Source: an uncultured Fibrobacter sp. (GTDB lineage: Bacteria > Fibrobacterota > Fibrobacteria > Fibrobacterales > Fibrobacteraceae). Taken from it: DNA of 64,000 bases. This document shows, one piece after another, positions 46,548-55,698 of the stretch (its first letter is position 1; the number at the start of each line of letters is the position of its first letter). The position numbers and the translations under genes are program-made. The stretch covers positions 697 through 64,696 of the forward strand of contig CAMHDS010000004.1 of assembly GCA_946183925.1 (NCBI GenBank). Reading direction: 5' to 3'. The notes below the pieces were generated by a model. The model saw only the letters and a program-made list of their open reading frames with translations. It was not told the origin of the DNA and did no database searches.

Positions 46548-47958
46548 GCCGTTTTTTGCCGTTGCTCTCGCCTGCTTTTTCCTGCTTTTTACAGGTTGTC
46601 GCGAAGACGCCGTGATTTCAAGGACAGACATCCAGTTCTTGCAGCAGGGAATTCTGGTCACCCACTGGAGCGATGAAGACCATTACTCTAAATATACCGA
46701 GCAATTGGACTCCCTCTACATCAATCAGGGCGAACAAGTCCTTTTCACCGCTGGTTACGCGATAAACGGCAACGCCATTTCCTCGGACAGCGCCATGAAC
46801 CTATATAGTTCCCATTATTGGGAACTGGAAGGCGAAAGCATCAATTCCACAACCATTGAAAGCCGTTTCGATTCTGTCGGTTACCGCTTTACCGTCTTGA
46901 ATACTATCGACTTTTCCGGAGACACTTTAAGAGATACCCTCCACATTTTTGTAGGCTCTCCTCTAGACATTACTCTTGTAACACCTACTTCAGACGCACA
47001 TATTGAACCTCTATCCGACGACTACATTGAACTAAACTGGGATATTTCCGGCATCGACCCCTGGGAAAGTTCGGAATGCGCCGTCTATGCCGTTGTCGCC
47101 GAAGGCGTTTCCCTTTCCAAAAGCACGCATTGGCTTGACATTCTGGACTCCGTAAACGCCCTATCCATTGGGGACTGCAAAAACGGAATGCGTCTCAAGG
47201 GCCCCCTGATTTCAGAAAAATGGCTTCAAATGAATGGTCTTGACCTCAAGGATACATCCCTTATGGTTTATTGGGGCGTCAAGGCAACCGCATTCACCGA
47301 AAATGGCTTCGAAGAACTGGCCAAAGATGCATCATCTTTCAGCACAAAGTTCATAGGGCGAAAGAACTCCGTTATCCAGATCAAACCCATCTACGAAGGG
47401 CTTACCCCAGGTTCCAGTATTTCTACAAAAATTGTTCTCGTAAACGCATCGGGCGACACTCTCAAGACCATTCCTTACACCGATACAAGCAAACCTAAAA
47501 GCATCAATATCCAACCCCAGAGCGGACTCCAAATTTACCCCTATGAATCGAAGCTAACGGATTACGAGGCAAAGCCCATCGTAATTGATGTTCCCGAACG
47601 TTCCATGCTCCGCCTAGGAGACAGCATCGTCTTTACAGACAAGATTCCACCCAAGGCAGCTCCGGTAAAGTCCGCATTCGCCCTCACCGATAGCATCAGA
47701 TTTTACTTTATGGATAATGGTTCCGGAATCAACCCCACCCAAAAGAAGTTTGTCCTTGCCGACTATGACACCATAAACGCCGTCTACGAACAGTCCATTC
47801 TCTCCTTTGTGAACCCCTGCCGCAGAGAATGCAAGATAAAGATTCCTATTCCCGACAACGCCAGAAACCGCAATGCCGAACTATTCTGGAGAATGGTACC
47901 AAACAAAGATTCCCTCCGAATCACAGGTCCCTTTGTCCAAATGGAGGAACAACAATGA
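46540..47958 (+). CDS. Lipoprotein, paralogue of the preceding gene
   Basis: Lipobox FTGC (start ATG 46540); HYWELEG, GDTLRDTL, YWGVKATA, DKIPP, DSIRFYF. Confidence 0.72.
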   Translation: MTRPFFAVALACFFLLFTGCREDAVISRTDIQFLQQGILVTHWSDEDHYSKYTEQLDSLYINQGEQVLFTAGYAINGNAISSDSAMNLYSSHYWELEGESINSTTIESRFDSVGYRFTVLNTIDFSGDTLRDTLHIFVGSPLDITLVTPTSDAHIEPLSDDYIELNWDISGIDPWESSECAVYAVVAEGVSLSKSTHWLDILDSVNALSIGDCKNGMRLKGPLISEKWLQMNGLDLKDTSLMVYWGVKATAFTENGFEELAKDASSFSTKFIGRKNSVIQIKPIYEGLTPGSSISTKIVLVNASGDTLKTIPYTDTSKPKSINIQPQSGLQIYPYESKLTDYEAKPIVIDVPERSMLRLGDSIVFTDKIPPKAAPVKSAFALTDSIRFYFMDNGSGINPTQKKFVLADYDTINAVYEQSILSFVNPCRRECKIKIPIPDNARNRNAELFWRMVPNKDSLRITGPFVQMEEQQ

Positions 47959-48593
47959 TTTTCAAAAAAGTCATTCTGCCTCTCCTATTTTTGCTTTGGG
48001 GTCTTAACTACGCTGGCGATAAATCCCCACGTGAGCATTATTTGCACGTATCCACCAACCCCTCCGGAGCGGACCTTTACATTGGAAACGCCCATCCCGA
48101 TTTTTCCAGGAATCCCGATTACCGGATACCCGCATTCGTATCCGTTCCCCTGGACAAGGACCAGGTCCTTATCACCCTGTTCCGTCCAGATTTTAGGGAC
48201 ACCAGCATCAACGTGACCCTTTCTCAAAAAGACACATCCTTCCTGATCGTGGCTCTCGCCCCCGCCTTTGACGAGACATTCCTGCAAGAGCAACAAGCAG
48301 ACCTGAACCACCGAAGCAGACGAAACCTAGGACACCGTCTGATGATAGCCTCCATAGTCCCGCTAGCCGCAAGTGCCATTGCCGCAGGGGTCACCGCTTA
48401 CGAAATCAACAAGGCCAATGACCGCAAACGAAATATCGAAAACACCGTCATTACATCTGGGGACAATTACCAACAAGATAAAAAAGATTTCAAGGAATAC
48501 CGGGACAATGCCAAAACGGCAAAAAAAACGGCTCTTGTTTCCCTCGTTGCAGGCGGCATTATCCTTTCAGTCGGACTCTTTCTATCTTTCTAG
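47955..48593 (+). CDS. PEGA-like domain protein with C-terminal hydrophobic hairpin
   Basis: Signal peptide; LHVSTNPSGADLYI; two hydrophobic segments; ends LSF. Start ATG 47955. Confidence 0.7.
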   Translation: MIFKKVILPLLFLLWGLNYAGDKSPREHYLHVSTNPSGADLYIGNAHPDFSRNPDYRIPAFVSVPLDKDQVLITLFRPDFRDTSINVTLSQKDTSFLIVALAPAFDETFLQEQQADLNHRSRRNLGHRLMIASIVPLAASAIAAGVTAYEINKANDRKRNIENTVITSGDNYQQDKKDFKEYRDNAKTAKKTALVSLVAGGIILSVGLFLSF

Positions 48594-48600
48594 GTGAATC

Positions 48601-50169
48601 ATGAAATCCACGTGCATCGCATTAATTTTTCTGCTCGCCCAGGTCCTGCTTGCCGCAGAGTCGCAAGGGCCATCCGTCAGCGTGGAACTTTTATCCGGCA
48701 CCAAGCAAAAAGCCCAATTCCTCGGCATTCAAAACGATACCGTCCAGCTTGGCGGCTACATCAACAACAAGTTTACCGTTGTCCGTATCGCCAAGGAAAA
48801 GTTCAAGTCCATCGTAGATTCTTCGGGTACAAATTTACTTCTGACCAAAGCCGATTCCGCGGCCGTCAAAACGGATACAACCGACAATTCAGCCGATTCC
48901 GGGCAATCGGTAGCCGACAGTTCAGAAAAGGATTCGCTTGCCCACCCGCAGGTCGCCGAGACGCCGAAACCTATCGAGCTTTCTTCCCCTACCGTTCTAG
49001 TCAGCTTCGAAGATGAAATCGCCGATTCCTCCTTGGTACAGCAAATCAACACCCTCGCTGCCAGATTCCTGTTGGAAAGCGGTGAAAAAATCCACATCCT
49101 AAAGAAAAAGGACATTCCCGACTGTAGCGACAACATCTGCCTACAGGATTCCCTTTCTGCCAAGGGCGCCACCACCGTTTATTTTGGGAAAATCGTTCCT
49201 GTACAAAAGAAAGATTCCCTAATGCTTCAGCTTACGAGAGTGGTCTTTGAAGAAGATCTGCCCACCATCTACAAGAGCGAACTTGTAATTTCCCGTTCCA
49301 AAGCCGTCAGCGACGCGCTCTCCAAAGATCAGCTGAGGATTTTCCTTTTGGAAGCCCAAGGCAAGGACGCCTCGGACCTAAAAGAAAAAAAAGGCTACAT
49401 CTATATCGATACTGACCCAGAAGGGGCCACACTTTCTAGAGCAGAAGACAACGCCCTTTGCAGGTCTCCCTGCACTATTCCGGTCACGGACACCGCTGCC
49501 GTTACCATTCATGCCTTTTGGAACGTAGACCAGCATTTGTGGGGTGGGTCCACTACAGTCCACCCGATTATGGGCGATACGGTCTGGAGATCGATGAAAC
49601 TGAAACGGGTCAACCCCGAACTCAAAATCATCACCAACCCGGCAGGTGCAGAAATATTCTCCAGCAAGGGAGAAATCACCAAGCGCAGCAAGACTATCGG
49701 CACTACGCCTGCCCGCTACCCCATCATGGAACCGGGACTTGTCCAGTTTAAGCTTCGTAAGTTCGGTTTCAAAGACACCCTAGTCGCAGTTTATGTTCCG
49801 CCCGTTTCTGACGTGACCGTCAATGTAGATTTGGAGCAAGAAACCGATTTCAAAGTAATCCAGTCGCAACAGGATTGGGAAAAAGCCCGAAAAAAAATCC
49901 GCCTCGGCCACACCATGATGGGAGTTTCCATCGCCCCCATAATCGTTGGAGCCCTGTTCACTTACCTAGGCCAACTTGATTATGATGACGCCGAAGATAT
50001 CAAGGAAGAACTGAATGGTTCTGCTACCGCGGGTGGGGAATTCTACCAAAAAAAGGTAAATGAGAACAAGGACCTGGTAAGCGATGGAGACCAGAAAACC
50101 ATCATAGGTCTTACACTCATCGGTGCAGGTATCTTGGTCCTCGGTGTAGGATTTTTCATTTCTTTCTAG
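48601..50169 (+). CDS. PEGA domain protein with C-terminal hydrophobic hairpin
   Basis: Signal peptide; IYIDTDPEGA and LKIITNPAGAEI..IGTTP PEGA repeats; ends ISF. Confidence 0.78.
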   Translation: MKSTCIALIFLLAQVLLAAESQGPSVSVELLSGTKQKAQFLGIQNDTVQLGGYINNKFTVVRIAKEKFKSIVDSSGTNLLLTKADSAAVKTDTTDNSADSGQSVADSSEKDSLAHPQVAETPKPIELSSPTVLVSFEDEIADSSLVQQINTLAARFLLESGEKIHILKKKDIPDCSDNICLQDSLSAKGATTVYFGKIVPVQKKDSLMLQLTRVVFEEDLPTIYKSELVISRSKAVSDALSKDQLRIFLLEAQGKDASDLKEKKGYIYIDTDPEGATLSRAEDNALCRSPCTIPVTDTAAVTIHAFWNVDQHLWGGSTTVHPIMGDTVWRSMKLKRVNPELKIITNPAGAEIFSSKGEITKRSKTIGTTPARYPIMEPGLVQFKLRKFGFKDTLVAVYVPPVSDVTVNVDLEQETDFKVIQSQQDWEKARKKIRLGHTMMGVSIAPIIVGALFTYLGQLDYDDAEDIKEELNGSATAGGEFYQKKVNENKDLVSDGDQKTIIGLTLIGAGILVLGVGFFISF

Positions 50170-50258
50170 AAACAATTCACCAAAACACCCCTCAAAAGAA
50201 AGTCGCTAAGACGCCCTTCCATGCGCCACATCACGCAAAAAAGCTAAATTTGAGCACG

Positions 50259-51821
50259 ATGCGTAAAGTATTACTTATTTCCCTGCTTTTTGCCGTAGCC
50301 GCCATGGCTGCCGATTTCGAGCGCTCCAACTGGAGAATGCAGCTCTATGTCCAAGGCGAATTTGCCTATTTACAGTTCAAGGATAGCGATCCAGAACTTC
50401 TGCTAGACAAAATCGACGAGAAGGTGATGACCTTCCCTATCAACGCGGGCTTTCTATGGAGCCCCTTGATAACCCCCTTCTACAAGGCAGACATTCCTTT
50501 TACCTTCTGGCTAGGCGTGGAAGTCAACTCCATCCAGTTTGGCGAAATTACGAAAGACCCCAAATACACCTTCAAGGGCAACAGCTGCGGGCCTAAGGGG
50601 GCCGAGGGCGTATGTGACGATGCCGGACGAGGCGAAAACTTGTCATTCCGCTCTTATGCTCCTTCAGTCCTGGGTGGTTTCACATTCAACTTGATTGGTG
50701 ACCTGGACATTCGCGTCTTGGGCGGTTATGGATTCCATTTCTTCAGCTTCTATGACGAAATATTGGGTAACACCAAACAAAAAACAAGTATTGTCCCCAC
50801 GGCTTTTGTCTCTGGCGCTTTGGAATATAGGGTTGGAGAGATCTTCAAGGATATTGATTTCAAGATTGGCGTAAATGTTCGCAAGGACTTCTTGCCCTTC
50901 GAAGATGTCAAGGCGACAAGCAAATCCCCCGCCCTCGAACAACTCGGTGGAGGCCTTCCTCCGGCATATTCTGGCGTCGAGTTCGACAAGATCTCCTACA
51001 AGCTGCCCGTACGCGTGGGCCTAGAAATCTCTCTTGACTTCGGACGCGAAAGCCGCCGCGACCGCCGTATGAGGTACGTACTCCACGACCGCGACGACGT
51101 GCTCCGCAAGAACAGCGAAGTCAAGGACACACTCTCCGACTGGGACTGCATGGCCATCGAGCGCGACTACCGATTCTTCTTGGACGAAGACGGGAACCTG
51201 CCCGACATGAGCGAAGCCTTCACCAAGACCCAGTTCTCCGACGTGCTGGAAAGTTTCCTCGCCTTCTGCCACCCTGAAGACCTGGCCACCAAGGAAAAAC
51301 TGTACGCCACCCTGGATACCGGAAAGGTTCAGTTGAAGGAATACCAGACCAAGCAAGAAGATTCTCGTTTCGAGCAGGTTATGGCTTCCAACGACCCCGA
51401 AATGCTGGCTATGTACCTAGAATACTATCCGGACTCTCCCCACAGGCCCGAGGTGGAAGCCAAACTGCAGGTGTTGGGTGAATACCACAAGTTCCGCGAA
51501 ATTCAGGCCCAGAACACCTTCAAGGCCTACCTCACTTACCTGAATGACAATCCCAACGGAGCCTTCCGTGACGAAGCTGAAGCCGGAATCTTTGAGTTGG
51601 TCAAGGGTAGCGGACGTCTGAAAGATTACGAAATCTACCTGAAGCGTTTCCCCGAAGGTAAGTTCGTGGAAGAAGCTAAGGCGGCCCTCAAGGGCGCAAA
51701 TGCCGATGCTCCTTCCATGATAGAAGCCCAGACCGGAGAGGCAGAAGAGGAAACTCCGGCTTCCGCCAAGAAAAACAACAAAAAAGCCCAGAAGAAATCC
51801 AAGGGCAAGAAAAAGAAGTAA
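50259..51821 (+). CDS. Exported protein: beta-rich N-terminus plus helical YLxxYP repeats and Lys-rich tail
   Basis: Signal peptide; repeats YLEYYPDSPH / YLNDNPNGAF / YLKRFPEGKF; basic C-terminus. Confidence 0.68.
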   Translation: MRKVLLISLLFAVAAMAADFERSNWRMQLYVQGEFAYLQFKDSDPELLLDKIDEKVMTFPINAGFLWSPLITPFYKADIPFTFWLGVEVNSIQFGEITKDPKYTFKGNSCGPKGAEGVCDDAGRGENLSFRSYAPSVLGGFTFNLIGDLDIRVLGGYGFHFFSFYDEILGNTKQKTSIVPTAFVSGALEYRVGEIFKDIDFKIGVNVRKDFLPFEDVKATSKSPALEQLGGGLPPAYSGVEFDKISYKLPVRVGLEISLDFGRESRRDRRMRYVLHDRDDVLRKNSEVKDTLSDWDCMAIERDYRFFLDEDGNLPDMSEAFTKTQFSDVLESFLAFCHPEDLATKEKLYATLDTGKVQLKEYQTKQEDSRFEQVMASNDPEMLAMYLEYYPDSPHRPEVEAKLQVLGEYHKFREIQAQNTFKAYLTYLNDNPNGAFRDEAEAGIFELVKGSGRLKDYEIYLKRFPEGKFVEEAKAALKGANADAPSMIEAQTGEAEEETPASAKKNNKKAQKKSKGKKKK

Positions 51822-51827
51822 ACCTTG

Positions 51828-51862
51828 AGGTGCGGCACTCGTCGCACCTTTATTTTGCTTTT
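51828..51862 (+). terminator. Probable rho-independent terminator
   Basis: aggtgcggc-actc-gtcgcacct followed by a T-rich run. Confidence 0.6.
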
Positions 51863-51870
51863 GACATCCT

Positions 51871-52608
51871 ATGAAATTCAGAACACTTGCATTTCTGCTA
51901 GCCGTATTGTGCTCGTCTATCCTCGCCCAACCAGGGGCCGAAGTCACCCTACAAGATTCATCCTCACTGCAAGGTGCAACCTCTACGGGAATTTACACCC
52001 AAATTATCGACTGGTATAACGACAATCTCAACTACGGCACCATCACCCTTCTCATGGCCATTGAAAGTTCCTTCATTCCTTTCCCGTCAGAGCTGGTGGT
52101 ACCCCCTGCTGCCTACAAAGCTCTGCAACCGGGTTCAGGCTTGAGCATCGTGTTGATTGTGATGTTTGCCAGCATAGGAGCCCTTATCGGGGCGTTCATC
52201 AACTATTTCTTGGCCAAGTTCCTAGGGCGCCCTATTGTGTACAAATTCGCCGACTCTAGGCTTGGACATTTTTTGTTGATTGATACGCAAAAGGTCGAAA
52301 AGGCGGAGAACTATTTCCGCGACCACGGGGCCATTTCCACATTTGTCGGCAGACTCATTACCGTCATACGGCAGTTGATTTCTATACCGGCAGGGCTATC
52401 CAACATGAAACTTCTGCCTTTTACACTCTACACTTTTCTTGGTGCCACCATCTGGAACTGCGTTCTGGCCGTTCTCGGATACCTAGCTCATGGACAAAAA
52501 GACATTATTGAAAAGTACAATTCCGAACTGGCCATCGCCCTGCTTGCCTTCGGAGCCCTATTTATCGGCTATATGGTGTGGAGCGCAGTCAAACCGCGCA
52601 AGAACTAA
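51871..52608 (+). CDS. DedA family membrane protein
   Basis: AIESSFIPFPSE, GRLITVIRQLISIPAG. Confidence 0.92.
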   Translation: MKFRTLAFLLAVLCSSILAQPGAEVTLQDSSSLQGATSTGIYTQIIDWYNDNLNYGTITLLMAIESSFIPFPSELVVPPAAYKALQPGSGLSIVLIVMFASIGALIGAFINYFLAKFLGRPIVYKFADSRLGHFLLIDTQKVEKAENYFRDHGAISTFVGRLITVIRQLISIPAGLSNMKLLPFTLYTFLGATIWNCVLAVLGYLAHGQKDIIEKYNSELAIALLAFGALFIGYMVWSAVKPRKN

Positions 52609-53273
52609 TCCTTGACGCAGCGCACTGAGAAAGCGTTATCCGTAGAATACTTATTCTCGTGAAAATTCTCATCGCCAAATTCTAGCATACGGGCGTAGGC
52701 CTTCTTGGTCTTTTTCCCTTTTTCTTTAGAAGAGCTCCAGAATAAGGACCGTTCTTTAAGTTTTTCGGAACGGCCTTCCTTAGAAACGTAGCCTGCAGGT
52801 AGCGCAGAGAAACCCAAGGCGTCCGTACCGGTATTTATGATTTCGTATTCGTCCAGATAAATGGCTTCACCTGTATGCTGGTCGTATACCTTTTTCTTTT
52901 TCTTCTTGACTTTCCAGTCGTCCTTTGTCCTCAAGGTACTTCCCGGTTTTGTCTTGGAGTTCTCCGAAACATAAGATACCATGTCCCGCCATTCAGCGCG
53001 GGACGGAAGGTGCCATCCCTCGGGGCAAGCCTTTTCTGCTTTTTTCCAGGTGTAAAGACGGCCATACTTTTTACAATTTTCAATCTTGCGGTCATAGCAC
53101 CAAGAATTGTCCATGTGCAGGTTAAGATTCTCGGCCATCCAGATTTGCTTACCAAGTTTAATCGTTTTGTAGGTCTTTCCGTCACGATTATCCTTAAATG
53201 AGCCCTTAGCGGGAGCCGCCAGAGAAACGGATATAAATCCCACTAGGCAAATACAGGCTATCCACTTATTCAT
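52605..53273 (-). CDS. Secreted FISUMP-domain protein
   Basis: DNRDGKTYKT, WMAENLN, YGRLYTW, CPEGWHLP, FSALPAG, FWSS, SVRCVKD. Start ATG 53273. Confidence 0.9.
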   Translation of the reverse strand: MNKWIACICLVGFISVSLAAPAKGSFKDNRDGKTYKTIKLGKQIWMAENLNLHMDNSWCYDRKIENCKKYGRLYTWKKAEKACPEGWHLPSRAEWRDMVSYVSENSKTKPGSTLRTKDDWKVKKKKKKVYDQHTGEAIYLDEYEIINTGTDALGFSALPAGYVSKEGRSEKLKERSLFWSSSKEKGKKTKKAYARMLEFGDENFHENKYSTDNAFSVRCVKD

Positions 53274-53357
53274 ACACCAAAAACCTTTTTTGAACAATCT
53301 CTATCCACAAAATACATAATATGTACAGCAGTTTGCAGAAAAAAACTCGCAACAAAG

Positions 53358-53957
53358 CTAAAAGTCGCAATTCTTGACGCAGCGATTAGCCTGAAATTCA
53401 GCCTCTAGGACTTTTACGCCTTTATTGTAGCGGCGATAGCTTCCATGGCGAAGCCCTCTTTCGAAGGTCATTTCTTCTTTCAGGGCCCCCAGGTCATCAT
53501 AAAGTTGAGCCACTCCATGGATTTGCCCACGAGAATAGGGGATTTTCCTGCGCAAGGTTCCCCGTTCGTCCCACTCCTCGCTCAATCCATCGAGGACACC
53601 ATCCTTATACACATCCCTAGACTTTTTCAATCCATTGTCGTGATAATTGACAGAAGGGCCATTTTCCACTCCGGCCTCATACGAAATTTCTTGCCAGGGC
53701 TTACCATTCTCGTAAAAACTGGAAAAAGAGCCTTCTAAAAGACCTTCGCGGTAAAACGCCTTGATTGCAAGTTTACCATCCGGGTGATAGGTCACAGACC
53801 AGCCTTCCTTGACATCGGTCCCTTGCCGAACAGTGTAGATACGGGCAATATTACCCGTCGGATAAAACGCCCTAATCGTGTCTAGCGACATTTCACCGGC
53901 TATCGCGCAGGATACTGCTAGCATTACCGAAAAACAGCTGGAAAAAGGACGTTTCAT
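53358..53957 (-). CDS. Exported MORN-variant repeat (YwqK-like) protein
   Basis: Repeated Y/FxxxGxx...G..xG units (YHPDGK, FYENGK, YHDNGL); signal peptide. Confidence 0.82.
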   Translation of the reverse strand: MKRPFSSCFSVMLAVSCAIAGEMSLDTIRAFYPTGNIARIYTVRQGTDVKEGWSVTYHPDGKLAIKAFYREGLLEGSFSSFYENGKPWQEISYEAGVENGPSVNYHDNGLKKSRDVYKDGVLDGLSEEWDERGTLRRKIPYSRGQIHGVAQLYDDLGALKEEMTFERGLRHGSYRRYNKGVKVLEAEFQANRCVKNCDF

Positions 53958-54008
53958 CGGCCGAAAATGTAGTTATATCTATGTTGTTTTTGTATTTTGT
54001 GTGGGCTC

Positions 54009-55514
54009 ATGCGTATTACTTTTTTGAATCCTCCGTTCCATCCGATGTTCAGTCGCGAGTCCCGCAGCCCCTGCGTGACCAAATCGAGTACCCTTTACTG
54101 GCCCATGTTCCTGAGCTACGCCGCCGGCACCGCCGAAGCGGATGGCAACGAGATTCAACTCATTGACAGCCCCGCGATGGAACTGAACCTGCCCCAGACG
54201 CTGGAGGGCATCAAAAAGTTTGACCCGGCGCTTGTCATTTGCAGCACGAGCACGCCTAGCATTTTGAACGACCTCAAGGTGGTGCACGCCATCAAGGATA
54301 CGCTCCCGAACGTGAAGGTCGCCATCATGGGAACACATGCGACAGCCGAACCGCTCGAGAGCATGGAGATGGAACCCGCCCTCGATTTCGTGATTATCGG
54401 CGAGGCGGACTACACCTGCCGGAACCTCGCAAGGAGCCTACGGGGTGACGGAGTCCCCGTGAACCAGATTGCGGGCCTCGCCTTCCGCAAGGAGGACGGC
54501 ACCACAGACTTCCAGCCCGAGGGCCCGAAGATCGAGAACCTGGACGAACTCCCGTGGGTCTCGAAAGTTTACCGCAAGCATTTGTACAGCTGCTACAAGA
54601 AGTATTTCTACGGTGCGAACCTGAACCCGCTGATTGTTATCTTGAGCGGGCGCGGTTGCCCGAACCGCTGCAGCTACTGCGTGATTCCGCAGACGCTGAA
54701 CGGCCACAAGTTCCGCCGCCGCACGCCCAAGGACGTGGTGGACGAATTGCAGTACATCAAGGACAATTTCGAAGATCTGGGCGAAGTCTTCTTCGAAGAC
54801 GACACGTTCACCGCAAGCCATGAGCACGTGCGCGAAATCTGCAACTTGATTCTGGAACGTGGCCTCAAGATTACCTGGAGCTGCAACGCACGCGCCGACG
54901 TTCCGCTGGATTTGCTCAAGCTCATGAAGAAGGCGGGCGGCCGCGAGATGTGCGTGGGTTTTGAAAGCGCTTCGCCTGTGGTTCTTGAGAACATCCACAA
55001 GGGCGTGAAGAACACCGACAAGGCAATCGAATTCACGAAAAACGCCCGCAAGGCAGGCCTCTTGGTGCATGGTTGCTTTATGGTGGGTAACCCCGGCGAC
55101 ACTCCGGAAACCCTCCGCATGACGCTGGACTACGCCAAGAAGTTGAACCCGAACACCGCGCAGTTCTACCCCATCATGGCGTACCCCGGTACCGAGGCCT
55201 ACAAGGAAGCTCTCGCTAGCGGCGCATTACAGACAAAGGATTACAACCAGTGGCTGGACAAGGACGGGTTCCACCGCACCACCATCCAGCGCGGTGAACT
55301 CACCAGCCAGGCTCTCGTTGACTTCTGCGACAAGGCCCGCCGTGAATTCTACCTACGTCCGAGCTACATTCTGCGTCAGGGAATCATGGCCCTCAAGAAC
55401 CCACGCGAGCGCTACCGCGTGATGCGTGGATTCGGAACGCTCGTGAAGCACCTGTTCCGCAAGCACGGGCAGCTCGCTCCCGTGGCACGCCAGGCCCCGA
55501 CGGTGAAAGAGTAA
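54009..55514 (+). CDS. B12-binding domain radical SAM protein (class B / HpnJ-like)
   Basis: MRITFLNPP; GTHAT..IGEAD B12-like domain; GRGCPNRCSYC; FEDDTF; GFESAS. Confidence 0.88.
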   Translation: MRITFLNPPFHPMFSRESRSPCVTKSSTLYWPMFLSYAAGTAEADGNEIQLIDSPAMELNLPQTLEGIKKFDPALVICSTSTPSILNDLKVVHAIKDTLPNVKVAIMGTHATAEPLESMEMEPALDFVIIGEADYTCRNLARSLRGDGVPVNQIAGLAFRKEDGTTDFQPEGPKIENLDELPWVSKVYRKHLYSCYKKYFYGANLNPLIVILSGRGCPNRCSYCVIPQTLNGHKFRRRTPKDVVDELQYIKDNFEDLGEVFFEDDTFTASHEHVREICNLILERGLKITWSCNARADVPLDLLKLMKKAGGREMCVGFESASPVVLENIHKGVKNTDKAIEFTKNARKAGLLVHGCFMVGNPGDTPETLRMTLDYAKKLNPNTAQFYPIMAYPGTEAYKEALASGALQTKDYNQWLDKDGFHRTTIQRGELTSQALVDFCDKARREFYLRPSYILRQGIMALKNPRERYRVMRGFGTLVKHLFRKHGQLAPVARQAPTVKE

Positions 55515-55534
55515 GCGATAGACCGCAAACAATT

Positions 55535-55574
55535 AAAAGAAAACCGCAGCGAGATTCGATACGGTTTTTCTTTT
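55535..55574. terminator. Bidirectional terminator
   Basis: aaaagaaaaccg ... cggtttttctttt between convergent genes. Confidence 0.65.
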
Positions 55575-55594
55575 GCAATCTTTTTCATTAAACC

Positions 55595-55698
55595 AATTTT
55601 CAGGAGAATCGAGTAGAGCGAGGCGGCAGGACCGAAGCTGTACAAGCGGTACAGCGAGAGTCCGACAACGAAGCTATACGAAGATTATCGTGAAAATT
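55595..55698. repeat. About 104-bp imperfect palindrome (MITE-like)
   Basis: Termini aattttcaggagaatc / gattatcgtgaaaatt (14/16 inverted match); central gctgtac-aagcg-gtacagc. Confidence 0.6.

Noticed and set aside
53358-53957. Toxin-antitoxin module (YwqK label)
   Set aside because: It is a MORN-variant repeat protein with a signal peptide and no adjacent toxin.
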